Origin: Minisyncoccota bacterium
GTDB taxonomy: Bacteria > Patescibacteriota > Minisyncoccia > Phycocordibacterales > UBA9973
Assembly (NCBI GenBank): GCA_025453495.1
Contig: JALOQM010000004.1
Location: 28,990-92,989, forward strand
DNA: 64,000 nt
Reading direction: 5' to 3'
Shown here one piece after another: positions 27,229 through 37,020 of the stretch. The notes under the pieces were generated by a model. It made no database searches. It was not told the origin of the DNA and was given only the letters and a program-made list of their open reading frames with translations. Within the stretch, counting starts at the first letter, position 1, and every line of letters begins with the position of its first letter. The position numbers and the translations under genes were made by a program.

Positions 27229-29481
27229 TTATTTCGCGATAGTAGCCGCTTCGTCAAATTTAATCGAGAGTAACTTTGACGCACCGTCTGCGCCGACAGT
27301 CACGCCATAGAGAACATTTGCACGTGACATCGTCTCACGATTGTGAGTGATAACGATCAGCTGAGAGTACTTTGAGAGATTCTCAAGCATGTCGCCATAT
27401 TTACGGCTATTTGCCTCATCAAGCGCGGCATCGGTCTCATCAAGTACGAGAAATGGTGGCGGATTGACCTGAGAGATCGCAAAGAGAAGTGCAATCGAGG
27501 TAAGCGAACGCTCGCCACCTGAGAGCATCGTCAGTTCTTTAACCTTTTTGTGTGGAAGTGAGATATGGATAGCGATACCGCTTTCAAATTCTTCTTCCTC
27601 TGGCATTTCTGTAATCTCCTCATCATCCACGACCCGCTTTTTAGGAAGAACAACTGCAAGAGACGCCTGACCACCGCCAAACATAAGTGCAAAGAAATTC
27701 TCAAACTGTGTATTTATCCGCTCAAGACCCTGGCGAAACTCAGCATCAAGATGTTCTTTGAGATCACGAATAAGGCTTTCAAGTGAAGCGAGGCTTTGTT
27801 TGAGGTCGTCGATTTCTTTGGCAAGGAATTCACTACGTTCTTTGACTTCGGTGTACTCTTTTATGATGTCGTCTCCCCCCCCCGCGCCAATGTCCTCAAG
27901 CTTGATTTTGATGCGCTCAATCGCTCGTTTGCGATCCTCTTGCATCTGACGTGATTCAGTTATATCTGCATGCGGTATTGAGAATTCTTTGTAGGCCAAA
28001 ATTTCTCGACCAATAAAGCCTTCCCCTTCTTGTATTTCCTCTATCAACTGATCATAGAGACGTTTATTGGAGTCTTCTTTTGCTTCTGTAAGCGCGAGTG
28101 CATTCTCGACTTCTTTCCGCGCTAATATACGCTCAAAGCGTACCTGATCAGCCTGACGCTCAAGTGCTTTTTCTTCTACGATGGCGACTTTGAGGCTATC
28201 GCTTTTCTCGCGTAACGCAGTTTCTTCGAGTACAAGTTTCTCTACTTCGCCAAGAAGTCCTGCATGTGTCTCGCGCATCGCCAGAAGCTCTGCAGCATTT
28301 CCTGCATCTGTAACCGTTTCTGGTTGTGCTTTCTTGTCGACAAATGTCGCAATCATCGTCCGTATCCGTACTGCAATGCCACGTATTTCCTCGATATCTG
28401 CTTTTGAAGAAAGTTCGTCAATCGCGCTTGCCACACTTGCAAGTAATGCATCCACTTCAGCAGAACGTATCATTCGATTCTCAGTTGGCATTTCTTCCTT
28501 ACGACGTGCTCGTTTCTCTTCAAGCTCGATCATACCTTCAATGCGGCCGAGCTTGCGCGATACCTCATCTTTCAAAGCACCGATCGCTCTTGCTTTTTCT
28601 TCAGTCTCAGCAAGTGCACGCTCGCTTGCACTGCGCTCACGGACTATTTCTGTCTGTTCTTCTACTGAAGCTCGTATAGTATCAAGCTTTGCCAAAAGCT
28701 CTGCCTTTTCTGTCTCAATTTTCTGTCGCTCGTCAGAAATATAGAGCTCTTCTTTCTTGAGATACTCAGTATACAAGCCTCTAAGCTCTTGGCGCATACT
28801 TTCTGCTTTTTCGTATTTCTCTACTTGCTTCTTGAGAAAAGTAAGATGTGGCAGTATTTCACGGCGAGCTGATTCTGCTTCTTTGATATTCTCTTCAGTC
28901 TTCCCAAGCTTACGCTCGCTCTCACGAATACGGTACTGATACACCTTAAGACCAAGCGCGTCTTCGATCATCGCACGACGATCTTTTGCAGATGCATTCA
29001 AGATTCGATCTGCTTCACCCTGAGAAATGATATGGTGACCAGAGGCACCTATGTTTACTGACGCAAGAAGTTCAAGTACGTCTTTCAAGCGCACCTCAGA
29101 ACCGTTGATGAGATAGCGATTCACGCCATCTGGATAAACTTCACGAGAAATACTCACTTCATCAAAATCAAGCTTCGTTGCGTCACCTCCTGCACTAGTC
29201 GGCATTGAGAAGACACGCTTTGTATTATCAAAGACAATCGTCACACCAGCGCGTGACTGCTTCGGAAGTGTCTTTGAGCCTTTGAAGATGAGATCGGCGC
29301 CGAGTTTACCACGAAGTGACTTCATCGACTGCTCACCAAGTACAAAACGGATCGATTCGACGACGTTTGATTTGCCAGAACCATTTGGTCCCACCACAGC
29401 GGTAACTGGACTTGTAAACAAAAGCTCGCTCTTCTTGGCGAATGACTTGAATCCTATAATTTCTAGGCGTTTTAGTTGCAT
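27229..29481 (-). CDS. smc: SMC-family chromosome-partition ATPase, short form (750 aa)
   Basis: N-terminal Walker A GPNGSGKSN, long coiled-coil (E/K/R/L-rich), C-terminal LSGGERSLTSIALLFA and Walker B FLVLDETDAALD. Only about two-thirds the usual SMC length. Confidence 0.8.
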   Translation of the reverse strand: MQLKRLEIIGFKSFAKKSELLFTSPVTAVVGPNGSGKSNVVESIRFVLGEQSMKSLRGKLGADLIFKGSKTLPKQSRAGVTIVFDNTKRVFSMPTSAGGDATKLDFDEVSISREVYPDGVNRYLINGSEVRLKDVLELLASVNIGASGHHIISQGEADRILNASAKDRRAMIEDALGLKVYQYRIRESERKLGKTEENIKEAESARREILPHLTFLKKQVEKYEKAESMRQELRGLYTEYLKKEELYISDERQKIETEKAELLAKLDTIRASVEEQTEIVRERSASERALAETEEKARAIGALKDEVSRKLGRIEGMIELEEKRARRKEEMPTENRMIRSAEVDALLASVASAIDELSSKADIEEIRGIAVRIRTMIATFVDKKAQPETVTDAGNAAELLAMRETHAGLLGEVEKLVLEETALREKSDSLKVAIVEEKALERQADQVRFERILARKEVENALALTEAKEDSNKRLYDQLIEEIQEGEGFIGREILAYKEFSIPHADITESRQMQEDRKRAIERIKIKLEDIGAGGGDDIIKEYTEVKERSEFLAKEIDDLKQSLASLESLIRDLKEHLDAEFRQGLERINTQFENFFALMFGGGQASLAVVLPKKRVVDDEEITEMPEEEEFESGIAIHISLPHKKVKELTMLSGGERSLTSIALLFAISQVNPPPFLVLDETDAALDEANSRKYGDMLENLSKYSQLIVITHNRETMSRANVLYGVTVGADGASKLLSIKFDEAATIAK

Positions 29482-29966
29482 AAATACGCTTTATTGTAGC
29501 GTTTTTAGATAAAAGCTGATACTTGACTTTTAGTTATAAATACGACATAAAGTGGACGTAGCACATCATAATAAAATATCACCCTTCAAATATAACTCTA
29601 ATGAGACACCTCCTGATACTCCTGCTCATCTTCTCTGCAACAACCGCGTTCGCACAGAACCAGAAAACCATGCGCGTTGAAGAAGAAGCCTTCGTTATCA
29701 AAGAAATCCGGATCGCAACGAGTTGCTGAGATACCGCAACTGCGGTGACGAACGAACTTTGGTACAACGGCAACCAGCTCAACCTTTCCACCCGTTTCCA
29801 GTCCTACCCTGCACACGCTATCGCAGTAAGCAAAATGCAGTTCGTGATTATCGACGGTGTCCGTGAACTTGAAGTGACATGCACTGATCCGCTCGGCACG
29901 CACGTATTCTACTTTCTGAAACAAAACGTTGCGTACTTGCGGATAGGCTGAAAATCAATTTGAAGG

Positions 29967-29998
29967 AAAAGTCCCGCTCACCGAGCGGGACTTTTTCA
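29967..29998. terminator. Bidirectional terminator hairpin
   Basis: aaaagtcccgctcaccgagcgggacttttt seen directly. Lies about 115 nt 3' of rnc (minus strand). Confidence 0.55.
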
Positions 29999-30113
29999 TT
30001 TTCACTTAGTGAGCGAGAATGTGTTTTTGAAAAGCCTTGCAGAGCGCCTGGTGCGAGCAGAGAATTTTTCAACAGAAAAATATTATGCTTTTCAAAAACA
30101 TATTGAGTAGCTC

Positions 30114-30809
30114 TTAATCAAGCCACCCCTTCTTCAGAAGCGCCTCGCGTGCCGCTTCCTGTTCCGCTTCCTGTTTGCTCTTCCCTTTTCCTTCTGCAAT
30201 CATATCAAGGCCGAAATAGATACCGATTTTGAAATGTTTATCATGATCAGGACCAGTTTCAGCAAGTACTTTGTATGATGGTGTGACTCCTACGTATTCT
30301 TGCGCTTTTTCTTGCACGAGACTTTTTGCATCACGATAGAGTTTCTTGGCGACAATCTCGTCAAGCTTACCAAAGAGCGCGCGAGCGATGAAATTCTCGG
30401 CGACAGAATAGCCTTGATCGAGATATACCGCGCCGACAAATGCCTCAAAAGTATTGGCAAGGATATACTGACGCGCCTTGCCACCATCTTTTGATTCACC
30501 TTTTGAGAGAAGCAAGTACTCATTCATACCAAGCGTGTCTGCTGATTCGGCAAGGGTGATTGCATTGACGAGTGCGCTTCGGTATGCGGTAAGCTCACCC
30601 TCATTGTGCTCTGGATAGCGATTATAGAGATAGCGTGTGACGACAAGCTCAAGCACCGCATCACCGAGAAATTCAAGTCGCTCATTGTGCGCGAGACCTG
30701 ACTTCGGATTTTCATTGATATAGGAACGATGGATAAATGCTTGCGTAAGCAATTTTTTGTCAGAAAACATGACACCAACCTTTTTTTCAAATTGTGAGAA
30801 ATCTATCAT
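30114..30809 (-). CDS. rnc: Ribonuclease III
   Basis: First true ATG at 30807-30809 (the ORF-track start is a TTG). RNase III signature ERLEFLGDAVLELVV, C-terminal dsRBD. Confidence 0.9.
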   Translation of the reverse strand: MIDFSQFEKKVGVMFSDKKLLTQAFIHRSYINENPKSGLAHNERLEFLGDAVLELVVTRYLYNRYPEHNEGELTAYRSALVNAITLAESADTLGMNEYLLLSKGESKDGGKARQYILANTFEAFVGAVYLDQGYSVAENFIARALFGKLDEIVAKKLYRDAKSLVQEKAQEYVGVTPSYKVLAETGPDHDKHFKIGIYFGLDMIAEGKGKSKQEAEQEAAREALLKKGWLD

Positions 30810-30897
30810 AAACAAGAAAGATCCAGGTGGTAAAGGAGGAAGAGTATTCTCTCTTTTTCATCTGTATTCTTATGTAAAACTTATAAAATCGACGCGA

Positions 30898-31806
30898 TTA
30901 GTTGCCTTTTGCAAGAAGCGCTACACCTTTGGTAATGACTGGCAACATATCGTCGTACATTTTAAGCTCGGTGATATCGGCGAGTTTAAACCAGTGTGCA
31001 TCATCGAGTCCTCCTGAATCATCAAGGGTTAACTCACCATATTTCGCTTCGGCAAGGAAGAAAGATACTTTTTTCAGAGTTTTGCCTTTCTCTGGATGAG
31101 ATGCGACATATTCGTTGCCACCGAGCTTGTCTTTGACTTCTACAGTAAGACCAATCTCTTGCTTAACTTTACGGATCACGCCAGCTTCTTCCTCTTCTCC
31201 TTCCTCGAGCTTACCTTTGGAAAGGGTCCAACGACCAAAGACATCATGCACAAGAGCAAGGAGTATTTCTCCATTCTTATAAGCATAGACAACAGCGCCG
31301 ACAAGCGTCTCAACAGGAAGTTTTGAGATATCGACAGGCTCAGCTGTCTTTTTCTTTTTGCTTACTTCTTCTTTGCCAGGCTCGCCAAGTTCTTTGTAGA
31401 CAGCACCAAGTACACCATTGACGAATTTGCCTGAATTTTCTCCACCAAATGTCTTTGCAAGCTCAATAGCTTCGTTAATAGCAACCTTTGGTGGTACTTC
31501 AGTTCTGTTACCAAAAAGAAGCTCAGCAAGTCCAAGACGTAAGATATTGCGATCTACAGAAGAGATTTTATCAATCGGCCAGTCAGGAGCGGCTTTTTCT
31601 ATAACGTCATCGATAATCTTGCCTTTTTTGACGACGAGATCAATGAGACCTTGCATAAAAGCTTGATCATCAAGACCAGGGCCGAATTCTTTTATATTGC
31701 GAGCAAGGATTGCCGCCACCTCTTCAGAGGACGCTTTTTTGTTATTAAAATCCCACTCAAAGAGCGTCTGTAAAACAATTGACCGTGAGAGGTGTCTGTT
31801 TGCCAT
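30898..31806 (-). CDS. nusB: NusB (transcription antitermination factor) fused to a C-terminal NUDIX hydrolase domain
   Basis: 302 aa single ORF. Residues about 1-140 carry NusB blocks (RSIVLQTLFEWDF; AINEAIELAKTFGGENSGKFVNGVLGAV). Residues about 170-302 carry a Nudix box GKLEEGEEEEAGVIRKVKQEIGL (G-x5-E-x7-R-E-x2-E-x-G). Confidence 0.75.
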   Translation of the reverse strand: MANRHLSRSIVLQTLFEWDFNNKKASSEEVAAILARNIKEFGPGLDDQAFMQGLIDLVVKKGKIIDDVIEKAAPDWPIDKISSVDRNILRLGLAELLFGNRTEVPPKVAINEAIELAKTFGGENSGKFVNGVLGAVYKELGEPGKEEVSKKKKTAEPVDISKLPVETLVGAVVYAYKNGEILLALVHDVFGRWTLSKGKLEEGEEEEAGVIRKVKQEIGLTVEVKDKLGGNEYVASHPEKGKTLKKVSFFLAEAKYGELTLDDSGGLDDAHWFKLADITELKMYDDMLPVITKGVALLAKGN

Positions 31807-31833
31807 GCGAAAAAATATTTTAAATGAAAACGC

Positions 31834-32055
31834 TTATTTTGCGCTTGTTTTCTTTGCTTTTGCTTGACTCTTCTCTACCTTGGCAAGTTTGTTCATGACA
31901 TTCCTGCCTTTGTAGAAGCCACAATACTTGCAGATCGTGTGGTTCAGATTTTTGGCACCACAATTTTCACATGTAGTCATCAAAGTTGCCTTGATGGCGT
32001 GGTGTGAGCGGCGATTTGCCGTGTGGGCTCTTGTATGTCTCATTCGTACTACCAT
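31834..32055 (-). CDS. rpmF: 50S ribosomal protein L32
   Basis: Start at MVVRMRHTRAHTANRRSHHA (ATG at 32053-32055). L32 signature (RRSHHA...C-x2-C...C-x2-C zinc ribbon). Confidence 0.85.
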   Translation of the reverse strand: MVVRMRHTRAHTANRRSHHAIKATLMTTCENCGAKNLNHTICKYCGFYKGRNVMNKLAKVEKSQAKAKKTSAK

Positions 32056-32154
32056 AGCGGGGAGTATAGCGTATTTAGCTAAAAAATACAAGATTCTAAT
32101 AGAATTCTCCAAACTAAAGAACTACTAGTCTTTCAAATGCTTTTTTTATTTTTG

Positions 32155-32227
32155 AGCCAATGGTCGGGATTGAACCGACGGCCCCCGCTTTACGAAAGCG
32201 GTGCTCTACCAACTGAGCTACATTGGC
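32155..32227 (-). tRNA. tRNA-Thr (anticodon CGT)
   Basis: Cloverleaf folded by hand: acceptor GCCAATG/CATTGGC, D-arm GCTC-AGTTGGTA-GAGC, anticodon stem CCGCT/AGCGG with loop TTCGTAA, T-arm GTCGG-TTCAATC-CCGAC. No encoded CCA. Confidence 0.85.
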
Positions 32228-32308
32228 TAATGAAAGACACTTTAGCAAAAAATAGTGAATAAAAAAATCTCTCTTGTGTGTACAAAGAGAGATTTAAAGG
32301 AAATGCAA

Positions 32309-32827
32309 TTAACAGGAATAGTAAGCAAAGAAGTCACCTGCAAGAGACTGATCAATAGGTATTTCCCCTGAATCAGTCACTTTTCCTTTCTCCACCATAA
32401 GATATGGTACAACAAGACAACTGGTTGTGCTTGTTTTGAGAAAAAAGGTTCCAGCAAAGATGATCCTTCCAGACCAATTACTTGGTACTGTTTCGGGATT
32501 ATCTTTGTAAAAATCTCTGACATTAACATTTGCCACACATGATTCCTCCTTACATTTAAAAAAAACAAGCACTTCATCAAGTGTTATCGCTAATATTTCA
32601 TCCCTAGATAACAGCATGATTTTTTTAGGACTACACCGAAGGCGCCTTGTTTTTACATGCAATGTAGGCGCATTAATACAGCCATCGGGAATTTTAGGTG
32701 GTAAATGGAGATCAATCAATTTGACTTCATTTATTGGAACTGCAACAACAGTCATAAAAAAGAACTTATTTAAAGGTGAAAAGTTTGGTTTCAGCCTTGA
32801 ATATGAAAAACAATTCATATTCGCCAC
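32309..32827 (-). CDS. Hypothetical protein
   Basis: 172 aa ORF (GTG start in the ORF track; internal ATGs possible). Terminator-like hairpin at about 32255-32295. Confidence 0.35.
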   Translation of the reverse strand: MANMNCFSYSRLKPNFSPLNKFFFMTVVAVPINEVKLIDLHLPPKIPDGCINAPTLHVKTRRLRCSPKKIMLLSRDEILAITLDEVLVFFKCKEESCVANVNVRDFYKDNPETVPSNWSGRIIFAGTFFLKTSTTSCLVVPYLMVEKGKVTDSGEIPIDQSLAGDFFAYYSC

Positions 32828-32883
32828 GACAGATTATAGCATGTATTGACAGTAAATTTAATCTATAGTATCGAATAATTTTA

Positions 32884-34692
32884 CTAGTGCTTCCTTTTTA
32901 TTGTAAGTCGTTCAAGCTCATCTATCGATCTCTCAATCTCATCAAGTCCAGCTTTAAAAAATGCTGGATCTGTCACATCTATCCCCGCTTTTTTGAGTAT
33001 CTGCTCCGGTGTGTCACTACCACCAGCTGACAAAAATTCTTTTATTTTCTCGGCAAAAGATTTATCTTTTTTCCAGCGGGCAAAAAGGGATTTGCTAACA
33101 AGCTGGCCATAGGCGTAGGTATAGACATAAAACATACTGCGCAAATGTGACCAGTTCACAAACGAATACCCATCACGCTCAGTGAGTGCGACAGCGGGGC
33201 CCGCGTATGCTCCAATATGCTTTCGCATAAGTGCTGCTATTGCAGCTGCAGAAAGTTCGCCTTCTTGCTTGATTTTCTGATGCAATTCATTTTCAAAGTT
33301 GAAACAAGCTATTTGGAGAAAAATCGTCGAAATATCATTTGCGATCTGTTTATGCAACATGATGATACGATCTTTTTCTGGAAGCATGTTTTTGAGATGC
33401 TCAATCGTTACCGATTCAAAAAACGTGCTCGCGGTTTCAGCAATAGATGTGGAATAATCACGATACATAACCGGCTGAGAATCAGAGAGTTCCCCATGGA
33501 TCGCATGCCCCATCTCGTGACCAAGTGTCTCCACGCTCCGTACGGTGTCATTGTGATTGAGGAGCACAAATGTCGGTGCAGCATTGATACCCCAACAATA
33601 CGCGCCACCGTGCTTTCCCTTTCGTGGATACACATCAATCTGACCGTTTGAAAGATACGTATCAAGAAAATTTCCATAGCGCGAGTCGACAGAAGCGAGC
33701 GCTTCACGCACAATAGGAACTGCTTTTTCAAACGGAAACTTCTGGGAAATTTTACCAATGTCGACAACACGATCAATCATGGCAAGCTTCTTCTGTTTGA
33801 GTAGCCGCGCATGCAACTTAAAGAAACGCTGACTGATATAAAAATGAGACGTAACTAAGGACACGAGTTGCTCTATCACCGCTTCATCATTTTGATGTCC
33901 GAGAACCGTTCCCGCAAATGGTTTTGTAAATCCGCGCTTCTCATCAGAAATTTTGTGGGCTGTAATAAGCGCAGTGAGCTCGCTTGCTGCAATATCAGCA
34001 ATAGACATGAGCTTTTTCTTTATTTCATCAGAAAACGCATGACGCTCATTTCTGTTGCGAATCTCACTTACAATAAGCTGCGCTTTCTCTATCGGTATAT
34101 CCTGACCCTTCCAACGTATAGAAAGTTTATGTACTTCCTTCTCTGTAAGCTTGATCCACAATGATCCTGTCGGAATGGAAAGTAGACTCATAAGCTCCTC
34201 TTCTTTCTCGGAAAGATTGTGTTTTGCCACCTCAAACTCACGGGCAAGCATGTATCGGTATGTTGTCAGTTCTTTTGCGGCCAGAAATTCTTTCTGCTTT
34301 ACCGGCGTGATCGTCCCAAGTTTGAGTGAAAAAAACCGAACGAGGTTTCCTGCTTTTGCGTAACGTTCCTCAAATTTTGTCTGGAGTGCGGAAGCCTTCT
34401 TGTTCTCAGAATTCATATGGAACTGGAGCGCGGTATACCACCACGGCTTCGGCGAGCTCAGGACCTCTGACGCTTTCTCATAATCGCGAAGCGCCGCCAA
34501 GAGCGCCTTTTTGTCTGTGAGATAGTCGGTACGATGCGCCCACTTCTTGCGAAATGCCACGGCCGTCCGTTCATATGTGCGCATATCCCGCTCAAGTTTC
34601 GGATCATCGAGAGATGCATAGAGGAGTTTTAGGTTCCACTCCGTTTTGATCTTTGCTTTTTTCTTTTGCATACGCATATTCATACTACCCAC
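32884..34692 (-). CDS. M3-family oligoendopeptidase (PepF-like)
   Basis: About 600 aa. Zinc motif HEMGHAIH. Several clustered in-frame starts (GTG 34692, ATG 34683/34677/34671). Confidence 0.85.
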   Translation of the reverse strand: MGSMNMRMQKKKAKIKTEWNLKLLYASLDDPKLERDMRTYERTAVAFRKKWAHRTDYLTDKKALLAALRDYEKASEVLSSPKPWWYTALQFHMNSENKKASALQTKFEERYAKAGNLVRFFSLKLGTITPVKQKEFLAAKELTTYRYMLAREFEVAKHNLSEKEEELMSLLSIPTGSLWIKLTEKEVHKLSIRWKGQDIPIEKAQLIVSEIRNRNERHAFSDEIKKKLMSIADIAASELTALITAHKISDEKRGFTKPFAGTVLGHQNDEAVIEQLVSLVTSHFYISQRFFKLHARLLKQKKLAMIDRVVDIGKISQKFPFEKAVPIVREALASVDSRYGNFLDTYLSNGQIDVYPRKGKHGGAYCWGINAAPTFVLLNHNDTVRSVETLGHEMGHAIHGELSDSQPVMYRDYSTSIAETASTFFESVTIEHLKNMLPEKDRIIMLHKQIANDISTIFLQIACFNFENELHQKIKQEGELSAAAIAALMRKHIGAYAGPAVALTERDGYSFVNWSHLRSMFYVYTYAYGQLVSKSLFARWKKDKSFAEKIKEFLSAGGSDTPEQILKKAGIDVTDPAFFKAGLDEIERSIDELERLTIKRKH

Positions 34693-35397
34693 TTATGGCC
34701 GCTTTTGGAAATAACAGATGATTGAGCGACGCTTGTTTGGACGGCCTTTTGAAAAATGCTTATGCGATGTTTCTTCTTTGAGTTTGATGAAATGCGGTTC
34801 GAAATATTCTGCGATAGCTTCGTCAGTCCAGACATATTCGTACACTTTGAGACGCGGGTGGATATAGGCGTTTTTCTCCCCCGCCCCATGCTTTGCTACA
34901 AGCTTCCTGGCATGCACGTCACCCTCCGCGTAAAATGATTTAAAAAGGAGAAAGCCGTCAGGAGTAAGGACACGCAGCATTTCCGCGCGATATACCTCGC
35001 GTTCACTCTCGGCAAGAAAATGAGACGACATAAGATCAAGAATAAGGTCGACAGATGCGTCAGGGAGTGGGAGCGGCTCGCTGATCGAGCGGACAGCGAA
35101 TTGTACTCGATCGCCAAGATGCGCAGACGATTTCTGTGCCTGTTTGATAGCCTCTTCAGAAATATCATACCCAATACCGGAAACACCAAAACGATCTGCG
35201 AGATAGATGAGATTACGTCCGTTGCCACAGCCAAGATCAAGGACAAAAACACCGGGACGAAAAACATCATCGCCAAATTCTCGCTGCATGAAGCGGATGT
35301 ATTTCTCAAGGTCAGCGCTCACCTTCTCCGACAACGCAAAAAATTCCGGGTCTTTGTACTCTTTGTTCCAGAAATCCTTGAGACGCTTTTTGTTCAT
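34693..35397 (-). CDS. Class I SAM-dependent methyltransferase
   Basis: 234 aa. Motif I VLDLGCGNGRN and downstream D-loop acidic residue pattern. Stop abuts the pepF-like start (operon-like). Confidence 0.8.
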   Translation of the reverse strand: MNKKRLKDFWNKEYKDPEFFALSEKVSADLEKYIRFMQREFGDDVFRPGVFVLDLGCGNGRNLIYLADRFGVSGIGYDISEEAIKQAQKSSAHLGDRVQFAVRSISEPLPLPDASVDLILDLMSSHFLAESEREVYRAEMLRVLTPDGFLLFKSFYAEGDVHARKLVAKHGAGEKNAYIHPRLKVYEYVWTDEAIAEYFEPHFIKLKEETSHKHFSKGRPNKRRSIICYFQKRP

Positions 35398-35409
35398 AGC
35401 ATATGAAGA

Positions 35410-36666
35410 TTAATGCTTTGGCACCCGTTTGCGCAGGAGAAAATAGTTAAGAGCAAAGAAAGTAGCAATACCCGCAAATACAACAGCAGCATGAGCGAAG
35501 CCGAGCTCGTCGATCATAACACCGACAAGAAGCGGTGAGCCAAGACCTGCGAGTGTAGTTAAACTATCAAACGCGCTTTGCTGTTCTCCATATCTCTCAG
35601 GTGTACCAAATGTAGTAATAAGACCTCGCTCGACCACAGAAAAGAGTTCAAGCAGTACGCCAAGAAGGAAACTTGCTACCATTTTGAAAGCAAAACTCGG
35701 GAAAAGAGCAAGACCAGTCATAACCAGTGCCACAGCAATAAGACCAACAGAAAGTAGAAAGTACTTATTACTCTTATCAGCAATTTTCCCAAACGCATAC
35801 CCAAAGAGTGATGGAATCGTACCAATAATCGACAACAATACTACAAATCCTGGCTGCGCACCTTCGGCATAAGCATCAATCGGAATGAAAAACCACATCA
35901 AGACACCAATAATGCCGGAGAACACAGAAAGTGCACACAGAAACCATAAATGCCTACTCCAAGAACTACATAGTATGAGTGTTTCTTTGTATGGAGCAAT
36001 GATACCAAAACTGGCTACTGATAGATTCTTTTCGTTTGCGACATGATCACGTGGAGCTCGACGCACAACAAAAAAAGCAAGGATTGCAAATGGTGCAATC
36101 GCAAGCAACAGTACATGTATCGGTAGAATAGCCAAAAGTACAATACCAGTAAGTGCTGCAAGTATCCATCCGAGATTTGCCCATGTATCAATAAACCCAA
36201 ACGCTGAACTGATAATACCTTTTGGTGAAAGACGTCGATAATATGTACCCACTCCAACATCTTCCATCTGCCAAGCAATACCGTTGATTGCTCTTGCAAG
36301 TATGATAAAGATTGCAAGACCAAATGCTCCAGCAAGAAAATAGCTGACTCCAACAAGTGGATAAATAAGCAGAGAAATCAAAATCAGACGGCGCGCAGAT
36401 GTGCGATCAACCCACATACCGACAATCGGAAGCATAAGTAATCCGGTCACATCAATCACAGAACGAAACAACCCCGCCTCAGCAAATGTATGTGAAAACG
36501 TAAAAATGAAAATAGGGATTAGCGCCTCACCAAAGCCCCAACCAATCCAGCGCACCATACGTGACCAAGCAACAAGCTTAATACCAAGCGGTAATTCACT
36601 TTCAGGAGAAAGAGTGTCAGTTTTTACGTTGGTGCGTTTTGGATGTATGCGGTCAGTTTTTCCCAT
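35410..36666 (-). CDS. MFS-type transporter
   Basis: 418 aa, about 12 hydrophobic helices, MFS-like GxxxDRxSxRR loop (MWVDRTSARRL). Confidence 0.7.
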   Translation of the reverse strand: MGKTDRIHPKRTNVKTDTLSPESELPLGIKLVAWSRMVRWIGWGFGEALIPIFIFTFSHTFAEAGLFRSVIDVTGLLMLPIVGMWVDRTSARRLILISLLIYPLVGVSYFLAGAFGLAIFIILARAINGIAWQMEDVGVGTYYRRLSPKGIISSAFGFIDTWANLGWILAALTGIVLLAILPIHVLLLAIAPFAILAFFVVRRAPRDHVANEKNLSVASFGIIAPYKETLILCSSWSRHLWFLCALSVFSGIIGVLMWFFIPIDAYAEGAQPGFVVLLSIIGTIPSLFGYAFGKIADKSNKYFLLSVGLIAVALVMTGLALFPSFAFKMVASFLLGVLLELFSVVERGLITTFGTPERYGEQQSAFDSLTTLAGLGSPLLVGVMIDELGFAHAAVVFAGIATFFALNYFLLRKRVPKH

Positions 36667-36759
36667 AGAAAATTCTACAAATGTATTCCATATACTGTAA
36701 CAGAAACGATATGTCAGTGAAAGCTACACTTCAGGAATTAGGTATAGTCTCCCTTCGGG

Positions 36760-36832
36760 AGCCAATGACCGGGATTGAACCGGTGACCTCGCCCTTACCA
36801 TGGGCGTGCTCTACCAACTGAGCTACATTGGC
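36760..36832 (-). tRNA. tRNA-Thr (anticodon GGT)
   Basis: Hand fold: acceptor GCCAATG/CATTGGC, anticodon stem CGCCC/GGGCG with loop ATGGTAA, T-arm ACCGG-TTCAATC-CCGGT. Shares its 5' half with the tRNA-Thr(CGT) at 32155-32227. Confidence 0.85.
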
Positions 36833-37020
36833 ATATTGTTACCTTACTGTATCAATGTAACTATTTCAGTGATACCTACCAAAACAGCTACATTGGCATA
36901 CTACTTTGAAACTATAGAGTGTTTCGCAGACAATACTAGTGTATTTTTGCTGTTTTTGCAAAAAAATAATCTCCTATATTTCAAGGAGATTAGCAGTCGT
37001 TTTACTATAACTGCTCTTGA

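Noticed and set aside
28181-28744. 187-aa and 117-aa plus-strand ORFs inside smc
   Set aside because: Ser/Arg/Ala-rich antisense translation of the SMC coiled-coil region. No start context or motifs.
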